A DNA stretch of 64,000 nt from a virus: positions 1-64,000 of IMG/VR virus record IMGVR_UViG_3300048818_000230. One strand, written 5' to 3'. Of this stretch, positions 18,409 through 26,790 are shown one piece after another. The notes below the pieces were generated by a model that saw only the letters and a list, made by a program, of their open reading frames with translations, had not been told where the DNA came from and did not search any database. Position 1 is the stretch's first letter. Every line of letters begins with the position of its first letter. The translations under genes were made by a program, and so were the position numbers.

Positions 18409-20564
18409 TGTCTCCGGTCGATTCGTCCACCCTTGATGATGACCTTCGCGCGATAAACGAGCGTCGCGGTCCTGATTCGATTCGCCGGGGCAACGAGCAA
18501 CCGCCAATTGATCGCATCCCGCTGCTCTCGCCAGCGCTCATGCGGATCACATCTGGTGGTATTCCTCTTGGTCGTGTCACGCGTCTGTGGGGAGATCCCG
18601 GAACCGGCAAGGCTCTGGCTATTGATACTTCGCTTCCTACGCCAACTGGTTGGACGACGATGGGCGATGTGCAGATTGGCGATCAGTTACTTGATGAGCG
18701 TGGCAGACCATGCAGTGTGGTTGGCAAGAGTGACGTGATGTACGACCATGATGTCTATGTGGTCGAGTTTGACGATGGCAGTGAGATTCGTGCCGACGCA
18801 GAACATCGTTGGCTGACGACGACGCGTGCAGCGCGCGTATCTGCTGGCAGGTCCACGGGAGGCGGGTATGGCGGCGTTGGGCGTGCGACATTCCAAGAGT
18901 CGCAGCGCCGTCACTTTCCAGAAGTGGTTACGACTGAGGAGATTGTCGATACGCTGCGGTGCAGTGATGGTCGACTCAATCATTCGGTGGCTGTGGCGGA
19001 GCCACTGCAATTGGCTGAGGATGGTCTTCCGCTCGAACCGTATCTGCTCGGCGTGTGGCTTGGAGATGGGACTCGAGGACAAGGAAACTTCACATCTATG
19101 GACTCTGAGATCGTGGAAGCCTTTAGCCAGCATGGCTTTGTCGTTCGCCAACATTCATATCTTGGTAGCGGCCGTGCTAGACGGTATGGGGTGTTGGGCC
19201 TCGCTGCGCTGCTCAAGCAGGTTGGTGTGTTTGAGCATAAGCACATTCCGCTTTCATACCTACGAGCGTCGGTGTCTCAGCGTTGGGAGTTGCTGCGTGG
19301 ACTGATGGATACGGATGGAACCGTGAGTGTTCATGGCTCCTGTTCGTTCACACAGGCTGATCCGGGCATGATGCGTGGCTTCCGAGAGTTGCTGTCGGGG
19401 TTGGGGTTGAAGAGTTCTCTCGGTTCTACTAAACGACTTGCCATCGGTAGCAAGACATACTTTTCTCAGACTTGTTTCTTCCAGTCACCAGTTCCTCCAT
19501 TCCGTCTCGTTCGGAAGATTGAACGATGGCGAGAGCCGCAGCGAGGTGTTGATAGACATCGCATGATCGTAGGTGTGCATAAGACTAAAAGCCAGCCGGT
19601 GCAGTGCGTTGCGGTGGATTCACCATCGCAACTCTATCTCGCTGGCGAGACTATGATTCCAACTCACAACACGCATGTCGGCTATCTGATCATTGCGGCG
19701 GCCCAGGCAATCCGCAACAAACGCTTCCCGAAGGGGCTCGAGGCTGCTTACTGGAACGTGGAAAAGGTCTGGGACGCTGTCCACGCGAAGAATCTCGGTG
19801 TCGACACGAAGCGGGTGCTCCTAGAGGAGATCACGATTATCGAGGACATTGCGCGTGAGATGGAGCTGCTGCTGCATTCCTGTCACGTGCACGTGCTCGA
19901 CAGTGCTTCGTCGGCGACCTGCATGGACGAACTTGCCGGCGAAGCCGAGGACTGGACGCGCGCGCTCGATGCTCGAGCGTGGAAGCGAGCCATCAGGCGT
20001 ATCGACAACGCGTTGGACAAGGACGAAAATGCCCTGATCATCATCGATCACGCTGCTCGCGATCAGCAAACCAAGCAGGAGTTCGCGCTTGGTGGCAAGG
20101 CGCTCGAGTACCGCTCGTCGATGAGCCTGCACTTTCGCAAAGGATCGTGGCTCTTCTACCACCCCACGAACGGCTACCTCGAGCGCGACGACAAGATCAA
20201 GGGCGAGACCGGAGTCTCTCCGTCAGGCCAGAAGGAAGCCGACGGCATCGAGGTCATCGTGCGCGTCAACAAATCACGCGTTTGCAGGCCATTCCGCGTC
20301 GCTCGTCTCAGGCTCGACCTCAACACCTTCCTCTTCGATACCGCATTCGAGCTGCTCGACGCCGCGACCTTCTTCGACGTCGACGGGAATGCCGCGCATC
20401 GCAGCGGTCAGCCGGCGATCGCTCAGAGATCCGGCGCGAAATCAGCCTGGTATCAGCTCCCCTCCGGCGAGAAGGTCCAAGGCGAGCCTGGGATCCGCAA
20501 GCGCATCGTCGAAGACCCGGAACTCGCCGCGATGATCACGAAGGCGATGCTCGCCGGACAGTAG
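18408..20564 (+). CDS. recA: RecA recombinase interrupted by an intein in the P-loop
   Basis: Exteins align to RecA along their length: GDPGTGK|T Walker A, AKNLGVDTKRVLL, HVLDSASSA, GGKALEYRSSMSLHFRKG, VRVNKSRVCRPF, SAWYQLPSGEKVQGEPG. Confidence 0.85.
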   Translation: MSPVDSSTLDDDLRAINERRGPDSIRRGNEQPPIDRIPLLSPALMRITSGGIPLGRVTRLWGDPGTGKALAIDTSLPTPTGWTTMGDVQIGDQLLDERGRPCSVVGKSDVMYDHDVYVVEFDDGSEIRADAEHRWLTTTRAARVSAGRSTGGGYGGVGRATFQESQRRHFPEVVTTEEIVDTLRCSDGRLNHSVAVAEPLQLAEDGLPLEPYLLGVWLGDGTRGQGNFTSMDSEIVEAFSQHGFVVRQHSYLGSGRARRYGVLGLAALLKQVGVFEHKHIPLSYLRASVSQRWELLRGLMDTDGTVSVHGSCSFTQADPGMMRGFRELLSGLGLKSSLGSTKRLAIGSKTYFSQTCFFQSPVPPFRLVRKIERWREPQRGVDRHRMIVGVHKTKSQPVQCVAVDSPSQLYLAGETMIPTHNTHVGYLIIAAAQAIRNKRFPKGLEAAYWNVEKVWDAVHAKNLGVDTKRVLLEEITIIEDIAREMELLLHSCHVHVLDSASSATCMDELAGEAEDWTRALDARAWKRAIRRIDNALDKDENALIIIDHAARDQQTKQEFALGGKALEYRSSMSLHFRKGSWLFYHPTNGYLERDDKIKGETGVSPSGQKEADGIEVIVRVNKSRVCRPFRVARLRLDLNTFLFDTAFELLDAATFFDVDGNAAHRSGQPAIAQRSGAKSAWYQLPSGEKVQGEPGIRKRIVEDPELAAMITKAMLAGQ
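18612..19670 (+). mobile_element. intein (353 aa), class 3 WCT-type candidate, with a double-motif LAGLIDADG endonuclease
   Basis: Ala1 (ALAIDT), block B AEHRW, block F VQCVAVDS, block G IPTHN then +1 Thr. LAGLIDADG motifs LLGVWLGDG and LRGLMDTDG. Confidence 0.8.
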
Positions 20565-20742
20565 CTTGTTGCTCGAGCGCCATCTGCGGGACCCTCCCTT
20601 GTAACGCGACGTGCAGCAATAATCGGCCTGCCGCCGAGAGCGAACCGTGGCCCATATCGGCCGCGTAGGCGACGAGCGTTGCATAGTCCTCCTCGTTGAG
20701 GTAGACGATGACCGGCTTCTTGTTGGCTGTGTCAGCCGGCAC
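20536..20742 (-). CDS. ribbon-helix-helix (CopG/Arc-like) DNA-binding protein
   Basis: KKPVIVYLNEEDYATLVAYAADMGHGSLSAAGRLLLHVAL fits a strand-helix-helix pattern. Start uncertain (GTG 20742, or ATG 20778 in the ORF track). Confidence 0.45.
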   Translation of the reverse strand: MPADTANKKPVIVYLNEEDYATLVAYAADMGHGSLSAAGRLLLHVALQGRVPQMALEQQATVRRASPS

Positions 20743-20974
20743 TCGCAGGGACCTTCTCGAGCGAGACATAGAAGTCATCGCCGGGCTGGAACTGCTCTGC
20801 GGCGACTTCGTTCTTGATGCTCATCCACATCTCACCGCTTGGCGTGGCGGCGAAGAATGCAGCGATCTCCTCGCTGTGCGGGTCATCCGTCGTAATGACT
20901 GGTCGGAGCGTGACCTTGGTGTCCCAGCCTCGCAGCGCGACCTCGCTGACCTTCATGCGCGCGACGACAGCCAT
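20732..20974 (-). CDS. hypothetical protein
   Basis: 80-aa ORF, GGAGG upstream. One of only two minus-strand genes inside the plus-strand replication block. Confidence 0.45.
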   Translation of the reverse strand: MAVVARMKVSEVALRGWDTKVTLRPVITTDDPHSEEIAAFFAATPSGEMWMSIKNEVAAEQFQPGDDFYVSLEKVPASAG

Positions 20975-21041
20975 AGCAGCCTCCTGACTCGAAGTGACTT
21001 GGAACGAGTCAGTCTAGCGTACTCGCCGCGATAATCCCTAC

Positions 21042-21070
21042 TGGACAAGCTACTGCCCAGAAGCTATCAT
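21042..21070 (+). promoter_or_regulatory. promoter TGGACA-N17-TATCAT
   Basis: Counted directly. Divergent region that also holds the inverted repeat CTGACTCG-N13-CGAGTCAG. Confidence 0.4.
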
Positions 21071-21078
21071 GCGAGGTT

Positions 21079-22143
21079 ATGGGAATCTCGCGCTTAGCTC
21101 TCTATGCAGAACTCGCTGGCATTTCGGTCGTCGAGCCGATCCTCGTTGCTGCTTACGAGCGCGAGGAAGAGCGCATCTGGCGCGAAGGATCAGGGGATTC
21201 GCCGCACGGGCAGCCTTGGTCGACCTCCTTTCACGCATCTGCTTTTCCCGGCGAGGATTCGCTGGCTTGCGCTCGGCAAGCCGTCTATGGCCTGATGGGG
21301 CTTCCCAATCCAGAGCCCTTCTCCCCTCGTGTACGCGCGATGTTCGACCTCGGAAAAAATTTAGAGCTGGATTGGGTCCGGCGATTCGCCAGCGAAGGCA
21401 CGTTGTTGAGCGCCGATCAGACGGCCAGCGATGACATCCAGACGAGCTTTGCCGATCCAGAGCACTGGCTCACTGGAGCAAGCGACGCGATCATCCTGCC
21501 GGCGTTCTGGCGCAAGGGGCACTGTGTGGAAGTGAAAACCACGTCGGCTGAGAAGGTGGCGGCGATGCGTAACGACCTCACGCAGACACCGTATTCGCAC
21601 GCGAAGTACATCCGGCAGCTCAAGACTTACATCTCGCTCGCTAACGAGGCGCCGTTCGCACCCACGGTGTTTCTCTGTAGCGATTCATGGGCCATTACCA
21701 AAGAGATCGTTCCCGGTAGTCCGCTGCGCTGGTGCCCAGTTCACGAGAACGTCGGCTGCCCAATCCAGGAGGTCGAACTTGAGCCACCTGATGACGGCAC
21801 GCTGATCTACAGCTCGCGTGAAGAACCGCTGACCACTGCGAGCTACTACTTCTGTCTCGACGAAGAGCACATGGCTGCTGGTCGAGCGAAGCTCGCTGAG
21901 TATCGCGAAGCGTTTCTCGCCGGGACGATTCCTGAGCATCCGCTTGAAGGTCAGAGTAAGAAATGGTCAGCCCAACCGTGTTTATGGTGTGATTTCAAGA
22001 AATTGGGCTGCAAAGCAGACTATCTCGCCAAGGTGAAGATGCTTGCTGACTCAAATGTCATCGTAAGCGCCCAAGGGATCCGCGAAAACTACGACTACGA
22101 AGCAGCTCGAGCAGCGGTGTTGAGTCGATGGGAGACAAAATGA
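21079..22143 (+). CDS. Cas4/RecB-family PD-(D/E)XK exonuclease
   Basis: SDAIILP...HCVEVKTTS (D...ExK), RQLKTY (QxxxY), one N-terminal Cys plus C-terminal CLWCDFKKLGC consistent with a Cas4-type Fe-S cluster. Confidence 0.65.
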   Translation: MGISRLALYAELAGISVVEPILVAAYEREEERIWREGSGDSPHGQPWSTSFHASAFPGEDSLACARQAVYGLMGLPNPEPFSPRVRAMFDLGKNLELDWVRRFASEGTLLSADQTASDDIQTSFADPEHWLTGASDAIILPAFWRKGHCVEVKTTSAEKVAAMRNDLTQTPYSHAKYIRQLKTYISLANEAPFAPTVFLCSDSWAITKEIVPGSPLRWCPVHENVGCPIQEVELEPPDDGTLIYSSREEPLTTASYYFCLDEEHMAAGRAKLAEYREAFLAGTIPEHPLEGQSKKWSAQPCLWCDFKKLGCKADYLAKVKMLADSNVIVSAQGIRENYDYEAARAAVLSRWETK

Positions 22144-22310
22144 GCTTCAAGGGAACATGGCGTATGCACAACGAGGGTCCGATGATCCACCAGCAGACGG
22201 GGCCAAACTCCGTCACGTGGCAGAACGTGCCGGATGAGTACATCGAGGATGACGGTAAACCCTTCGAGGATGGCGAAGAAGTCGAGTTGCTTGTTAGGCG
22301 CGTGCAGTGA
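22140..22310 (+). CDS. hypothetical protein
   Basis: ATGA overlap with the nuclease stop, 56 aa. Confidence 0.35.
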   Translation: MSFKGTWRMHNEGPMIHQQTGPNSVTWQNVPDEYIEDDGKPFEDGEEVELLVRRVQ

Positions 22311-22311
22311 G

Positions 22312-25191
22312 ATGGCAGTAGCCGATCGCGTGTTCCCTCTGACCGAAGACCAAGTCAACACGATCCTCCAAGAGGGGCTGCAGCGCGCGCTCTTGGAGGC
22401 CGACGTTGAGGGAAATCTTCCCGCCGAAGCGAGCGAGCGCATGGCGATGGCACAGACACTCGTCGGCATGGCCGATCTCGCCTACAAAGCAGGCTCACGA
22501 GACGACGATGTGGCGACAGTGCTTTTTATCGCGGAAGTCGGCTACCAAACTCAGATTGTGAAACAGACAGGAGGAGACGACGTGGCAACAGAAATGACGG
22601 CGTTGGGCGACGAAACGCTCATCAAGATTGAGGGTGCCCTGTCGAAGTTGGGCGAAGAGGAAAGCGGCGAAGAGCTTCAGTTCGTGCGAGCCGAGCTCGA
22701 ACGACGCGGACTGCGCCAAGCCGACTCAGGCGCGAGCAATGGTGGTGCACAAGAGCCGGAGGCAGCAGCGGAGGCGCCAGAAGAGGGTGACACCGAACGC
22801 ACAGCGCTCGAGGACCGTCTGACGATTGGCATCATGCGCACGCACGGGATCGACCCGTCGGAGATCTCGAATCTGTCGATGGAGGGGCTGCGGTGGGTCG
22901 TCGAGCATCCTGATGCCCCTGCTGATCAGCCGCATGTGCTGGTCGTAGAACCTACTCCGTCACCAGAGGTCGCTGCAGCGGAGGAACCCGATCCTGGTTA
23001 CATCGAGACAGTGCGGATCCTGCCGGCGCAATCACCCGCGTCAGAGCCTGTGACCGCTCCTGAAGACGACGGCGAGGAAACGATCTCGGCCGAGCGCGAA
23101 GACCTCGAGGGTCGTGTGACAGGACCGATGCTCAAGTGCGTGGCGGTCGGCCAGCGTGTTCTTATGTCTGATGGCTCGAGTCGCGCGATCGAAAATGTGC
23201 GCATCGGTGACGAAGTTCTAAGTTCGGATGGTGTCCGTATTTGCGGCGATGTTGTCTCGGGCTTCTGGCATTCTGGCTACAAGGAGATCGTCCAGATTCG
23301 TCTTGCTGATGGTCGACAGATTCGCGTCAGTAAGGAACATCCAATTTATGGGTGGGACAGATGGGTGGCCGCTGGAGAACTACAGCTTGGTGATGCGATC
23401 TGCGTACCGTCGGTTACCAAGAGTGCTGTAGAGGGTTCGGCAGGCGTATCACTTGACGATGCCTTTTTGCTTGCTCTTTGGCTTGCTGAGGGCCTGAAAA
23501 ACATTACCCGCTACCAAGCGCTGAGATACACCAACGCCGACGATGGCGTTCATGAGCGTGTTGCTCGCATCGCAAACGAACGTGGTTGGGATGTGCCGAC
23601 ATATGCCAACCCGATCAACAGATCGATCATTCGGCGAAAAGGTGCTCCTCTTCTGGAAGGGAGTCCTTTGGAATTCCTACGTGGATACGGAATGAATGGT
23701 CTGGCCGTGGACACGATTCATGTGCCGGAAGCAATCATGCGTTCCAACACGGATGTGATAGCTGAATTTCTCGGTACATATATTTCCTGCGACGGTTGCG
23801 TCCAAATGAATAAGTCTGGGCGCCGGAACGGTGGATTGACGGTCAGTTCTGCGAGCGAGCGCTTAGTGCGAGATTTGCAGATATTGTCCGCGCGTCTAGG
23901 TGTGAGGTCGACTGTTGGCTCGGGGGAATCTCCCAGTCGACGTGGCTATCGAGTTGTATGGTCGTGGTACGTGAACACCATCGACTCGATCAAGGAAATG
24001 AGCAAGGTGGTTGTAGTTCCTGGCAAGCAGCACAAATTCGATGCGATAATGTCGTCAATCGAACTCAAGCGCACCTATGCTTCTCAGCTACCACCAGAGT
24101 TTCGCGATCAGTTCAAGACCAAGTCTCCCAAGCATGGACCTCGTGCTGTCATAGGCACGTGGATTACGCGCGACAAGGCGCTGGCATTGTGTGATCTTCC
24201 TCGTAACAACGTTGTTGCCGAGGGCATACGCGAGCTACTAGATGGTGGTCTTGGTTGGGCACGTGTAGCCGAGATTCGCGATGGAGGGATCGAATATACG
24301 GTTGATCTGGAGACTAGCCAGCATCATGCGTTCTTCTTGGAGGGCGCTTTGACGCACAATTCCTTTGGTCGCGGCCGAAACGATGTCCCTGGTATCGGCG
24401 ACAACGAGCTGCGCTTCATGCTCGAGAACCCCGAGGGTCGCGTGACGAAGGAGCAGCTTCTCGCTGCGCGCGAACTTGACGAGGTAGCAGCCGCTGGTGG
24501 GCCTGCGGTGCAGCGCGAGGAACCCAATCCGAGGCTGGCTGCCATCGAGGAAGCAATCGCCGAGGAAGAGGCGGCTGCTCACGGCGGCCCAGAGGCTGTC
24601 CATCAGCCCGATGGCTTTGCGCCGCCTGTTGCCGAACCAACACCAGTTTTGGAACCGGGCGGTATGAAGAAACTGGTTGAGGAAAAGATTGCGCCAGTAG
24701 ATCTTCATGTGCCCGAGGAGGCCACGCGAGATGCGCGTGAGCACTTCGACGCGCTGATCAAGCGTGAGCATCTTCCGATACCGCCAGACATTGAGGAAGA
24801 GCCACCGCGGCTGCCCTTCGATATGTCGAAATGTTCGGTCGAGGAACTCTACTCACTGCATGCTCGTTTCCACGCTTGTGAGGCGCGGATCTCTTTTCTG
24901 ATCACTAACGAGGAGGACTCTATTGGTGACCTTGAGAAAATGCGCCACGGGCGTGAGGTCGAAGTAGCGAACGAGTTGCCGACGACTATCGATCGCAAGA
25001 GACCTACTGAGGCCCAGCGAACATCTCTGATCGCTGCGGATCCACAGGTCCAGATCTATCTGACTGCCGAGCACAACATCGCAAAAACCTTGAGGAAATT
25101 GAAGGTGCTGCGCGATTCTTATCACAGAGATTGCGAGAGAAGCAGCCGCCAGTTGACGCGTTTCTCACAAGAGTTCGCCGGCACCAAATGA
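22312..25191 (+). CDS. acidic protein of unknown function interrupted by an intein
   Basis: ATG 22312 follows the upstream stop. Exteins are E/D/A/P-rich with a C-terminal coiled-coil-like region. Possible HhH-like VPGIGDNELRFM just after the splice site. Confidence 0.65.
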   Translation: MAVADRVFPLTEDQVNTILQEGLQRALLEADVEGNLPAEASERMAMAQTLVGMADLAYKAGSRDDDVATVLFIAEVGYQTQIVKQTGGDDVATEMTALGDETLIKIEGALSKLGEEESGEELQFVRAELERRGLRQADSGASNGGAQEPEAAAEAPEEGDTERTALEDRLTIGIMRTHGIDPSEISNLSMEGLRWVVEHPDAPADQPHVLVVEPTPSPEVAAAEEPDPGYIETVRILPAQSPASEPVTAPEDDGEETISAEREDLEGRVTGPMLKCVAVGQRVLMSDGSSRAIENVRIGDEVLSSDGVRICGDVVSGFWHSGYKEIVQIRLADGRQIRVSKEHPIYGWDRWVAAGELQLGDAICVPSVTKSAVEGSAGVSLDDAFLLALWLAEGLKNITRYQALRYTNADDGVHERVARIANERGWDVPTYANPINRSIIRRKGAPLLEGSPLEFLRGYGMNGLAVDTIHVPEAIMRSNTDVIAEFLGTYISCDGCVQMNKSGRRNGGLTVSSASERLVRDLQILSARLGVRSTVGSGESPSRRGYRVVWSWYVNTIDSIKEMSKVVVVPGKQHKFDAIMSSIELKRTYASQLPPEFRDQFKTKSPKHGPRAVIGTWITRDKALALCDLPRNNVVAEGIRELLDGGLGWARVAEIRDGGIEYTVDLETSQHHAFFLEGALTHNSFGRGRNDVPGIGDNELRFMLENPEGRVTKEQLLAARELDEVAAAGGPAVQREEPNPRLAAIEEAIAEEEAAAHGGPEAVHQPDGFAPPVAEPTPVLEPGGMKKLVEEKIAPVDLHVPEEATRDAREHFDALIKREHLPIPPDIEEEPPRLPFDMSKCSVEELYSLHARFHACEARISFLITNEEDSIGDLEKMRHGREVEVANELPTTIDRKRPTEAQRTSLIAADPQVQIYLTAEHNIAKTLRKLKVLRDSYHRDCERSSRQLTRFSQEFAGTK
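23137..24360 (+). mobile_element. intein (408 aa), class 1, with a double-motif LAGLIDADG endonuclease
   Basis: Cys1 CVAVGQRVLMSDG, block B VSKEHPIYGW, C-terminal FFLEGALTHN then +1 Ser. LAGLIDADG motifs LLALWLAEG and FLGTYISCDG. Confidence 0.8.
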
Positions 25192-25424
25192 GGTGGATTG
25201 GAAGGATCTTGCGCCGACGAGCGCTCGGCACTGAAGCGACGTACCGCGTCGTTGGTGTTGATGGCGATCTCGTGAAGGCGGTTGTGATCTCAGCGCCTGG
25301 TTTGCAACCGGGGCGCGACATCACTTTCACGATTGCAGCCGCGAGTCGTATGCGCTTCGCTGGCATCAATGACGGAGATATGGTGCTCGCCATCGATCTA
25401 TCTTCAACCGAATGGCCACCTTGA
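25188..25424 (+). CDS. hypothetical protein
   Basis: ATGA overlap, 78 aa. Confidence 0.4.
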   Translation: MRWIGRILRRRALGTEATYRVVGVDGDLVKAVVISAPGLQPGRDITFTIAAASRMRFAGINDGDMVLAIDLSSTEWPP

Positions 25425-25465
25425 ACCACCAAGAGTTTGCAAAACAAACAAGGAGGATCATCACG

Positions 25466-26080
25466 ATGCATCGTTTCTCACGGCTGCAGACCGCAGCCAT
25501 CGCAGTATTTGTCTCGCTCGGCATCGGTGCCGGCGTGGCTGGTGCGTTCGGTCTGATCACCGGCAAGCAGATTGCCGGGCACACGATCGGTCTCTACAAC
25601 CTCAACAGCAACGTCACCCACGAGCTCGGCAAGCCCGGTGCTCCTGGCGCGAACGGCGCGAACGGCACCAACGGCGTACCCGGTCCTGTCGGCCCCGCCG
25701 GTACCAATGGAACGCCCGGTGGTCCTCCCGGTCCGGTCGGTGCTGCTGGCGCAACTGGAGCTGCTGGAGCCAACGGTACGAATGGCACCGATGGATCCAA
25801 CGGCGGCTTCGATCTCTCGAAGATCGTGCATGTCACGGGTACCGCGACGCTCGTCGGAGGTTCCTCAACCGCCACCGTCACGACTGACTGCCCTGCAGGA
25901 GACAGCATCATCGGCGGCGGCGAGAGCGGAGCGACGTTCACGGTCGACGAGTCCTATCCGAGCTTGACGAACGGGCTGGGCGGAATCTTCTTCCTGCCCG
26001 ATCGTTGGTCGGCGAGGGTGACCAACACGAGTGGTAGCAACGAGAACATCACTGTCTACGCGATCTGCGCGAGCGCGTAG
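25466..26080 (+). CDS. secreted collagen-like repeat protein
   Basis: AAGGAGGA RBS. Signal/anchor MHRFSRLQTAAIAVFVSLGIGAGVAGA, then about 20 Gly-X-Y triplets and a Cys-containing C-terminal domain. Confidence 0.65.
   Translation: MHRFSRLQTAAIAVFVSLGIGAGVAGAFGLITGKQIAGHTIGLYNLNSNVTHELGKPGAPGANGANGTNGVPGPVGPAGTNGTPGGPPGPVGAAGATGAAGANGTNGTDGSNGGFDLSKIVHVTGTATLVGGSSTATVTTDCPAGDSIIGGGESGATFTVDESYPSLTNGLGGIFFLPDRWSARVTNTSGSNENITVYAICASA
25628..25807 (+). repeat. Gly-X-Y collagen-like coding repeat
   Basis: GKPGAPGANGANGTNGVPGPVGPAGTNGTPGGPPGPVGAAGATGAAGANGTNGTDGSNG. Confidence 0.7.
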
Positions 26081-26156
26081 GTAAAGGCTTCACGCGGGCG
26101 AGTGGGGTTCTTGGATAAGGCCCCCGGCCGGATGCGGCTAGCCCGCGTGAACACTT

Positions 26157-26630
26157 ATGAAAATCATCGGTATCGATCCGTCGTCCTCTTGCTGCGGCGT
26201 CGCGCTCGTGGTGGATGACGAGCCAACGATGCTCGACGCGTGGGACCGGCCGAAGGTAGGCTCTGCGCCGGCGAGGCTCACGGAATACTTCGTCTGGTTA
26301 CGCACATGGCTCGCGCTGAACAAGCCAGACATGGCCTGCGTTGAGTTTCTCAGCGTCGAGCGCAATGCACAGACGACGAGGATCATCGCCCACTACCAGG
26401 CTGCCAGCGTTATCGCCTGCAAGCTCAAGGGGCTCGTCGTCGTCGAAGCGCGCGTGACCTCAGCGCGCAAAGCGGTCCTCGGCGATGGCTCACTGGCCAA
26501 GCCCAAGGTCTTCGAGCAGATGAAGAAGCGCTATCCAGAGCTTGACTTTGGACGCTTTGATCGCGGCGGTGGAGATCGCGCTGATGCTTTGGTGCTTGCT
26601 CTGGCCGGTCCTGCAATCGCAGAGCAGTAA
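26157..26630 (+). CDS. ruvC: RuvC-like Holliday junction resolvase
   Basis: MKIIGIDPSSSCCGVALV (Asp7), VEFLSVERNAQTT (Glu), GGDRADALVLA (Asp). Confidence 0.75.
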   Translation: MKIIGIDPSSSCCGVALVVDDEPTMLDAWDRPKVGSAPARLTEYFVWLRTWLALNKPDMACVEFLSVERNAQTTRIIAHYQAASVIACKLKGLVVVEARVTSARKAVLGDGSLAKPKVFEQMKKRYPELDFGRFDRGGGDRADALVLALAGPAIAEQ

Positions 26631-26654
26631 TTTGAGTGTAAACTTCTAGGTGTT

Positions 26655-26732
26655 TGGTCCGGCGCGGCTGGGCTAGGTCTGGCGGGGCAAGGTTCGGTCT
26701 GGTCTGGCACGGCAGGGCGTGGCGTGGTATGG
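26655..26732 (+). repeat. G-rich tract with GGTCTGG x3 and GGCGTGG x2 upstream of terS (pac/cos-type recognition candidate)
   Basis: GGTCTGG at 26676, 26696 and 26701, then GGCGTGGCGTGG, read directly. Confidence 0.4.
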
Positions 26733-26735
26733 GAG

Positions 26736-26783
26736 TCCTTGCTCTGATCCTTGCGATTGGCGCAGGGACTCAGGTATCCTTGC
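26736..26783 (+). repeat. three TCCTTGC copies (26736, 26748, 26777) directly upstream of terS
   Basis: The same heptamer also occurs at 872, 2597 and 2616, always in upstream regions. Confidence 0.5.
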
Positions 26784-26790
26784 CGTAACG

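Noticed and set aside
20536-20974. A firm toxin-antitoxin call for the RHH pair
   Set aside because: Only the RHH fold is recognisable. The partner has no toxin motif that I can identify.
26655-26790. A CRISPR array or tandem DNA repeat upstream of terS
   Set aside because: The repeats are 7-mers at irregular spacing with no repeat-spacer periodicity. I found no CRISPR-like structure anywhere in the window.
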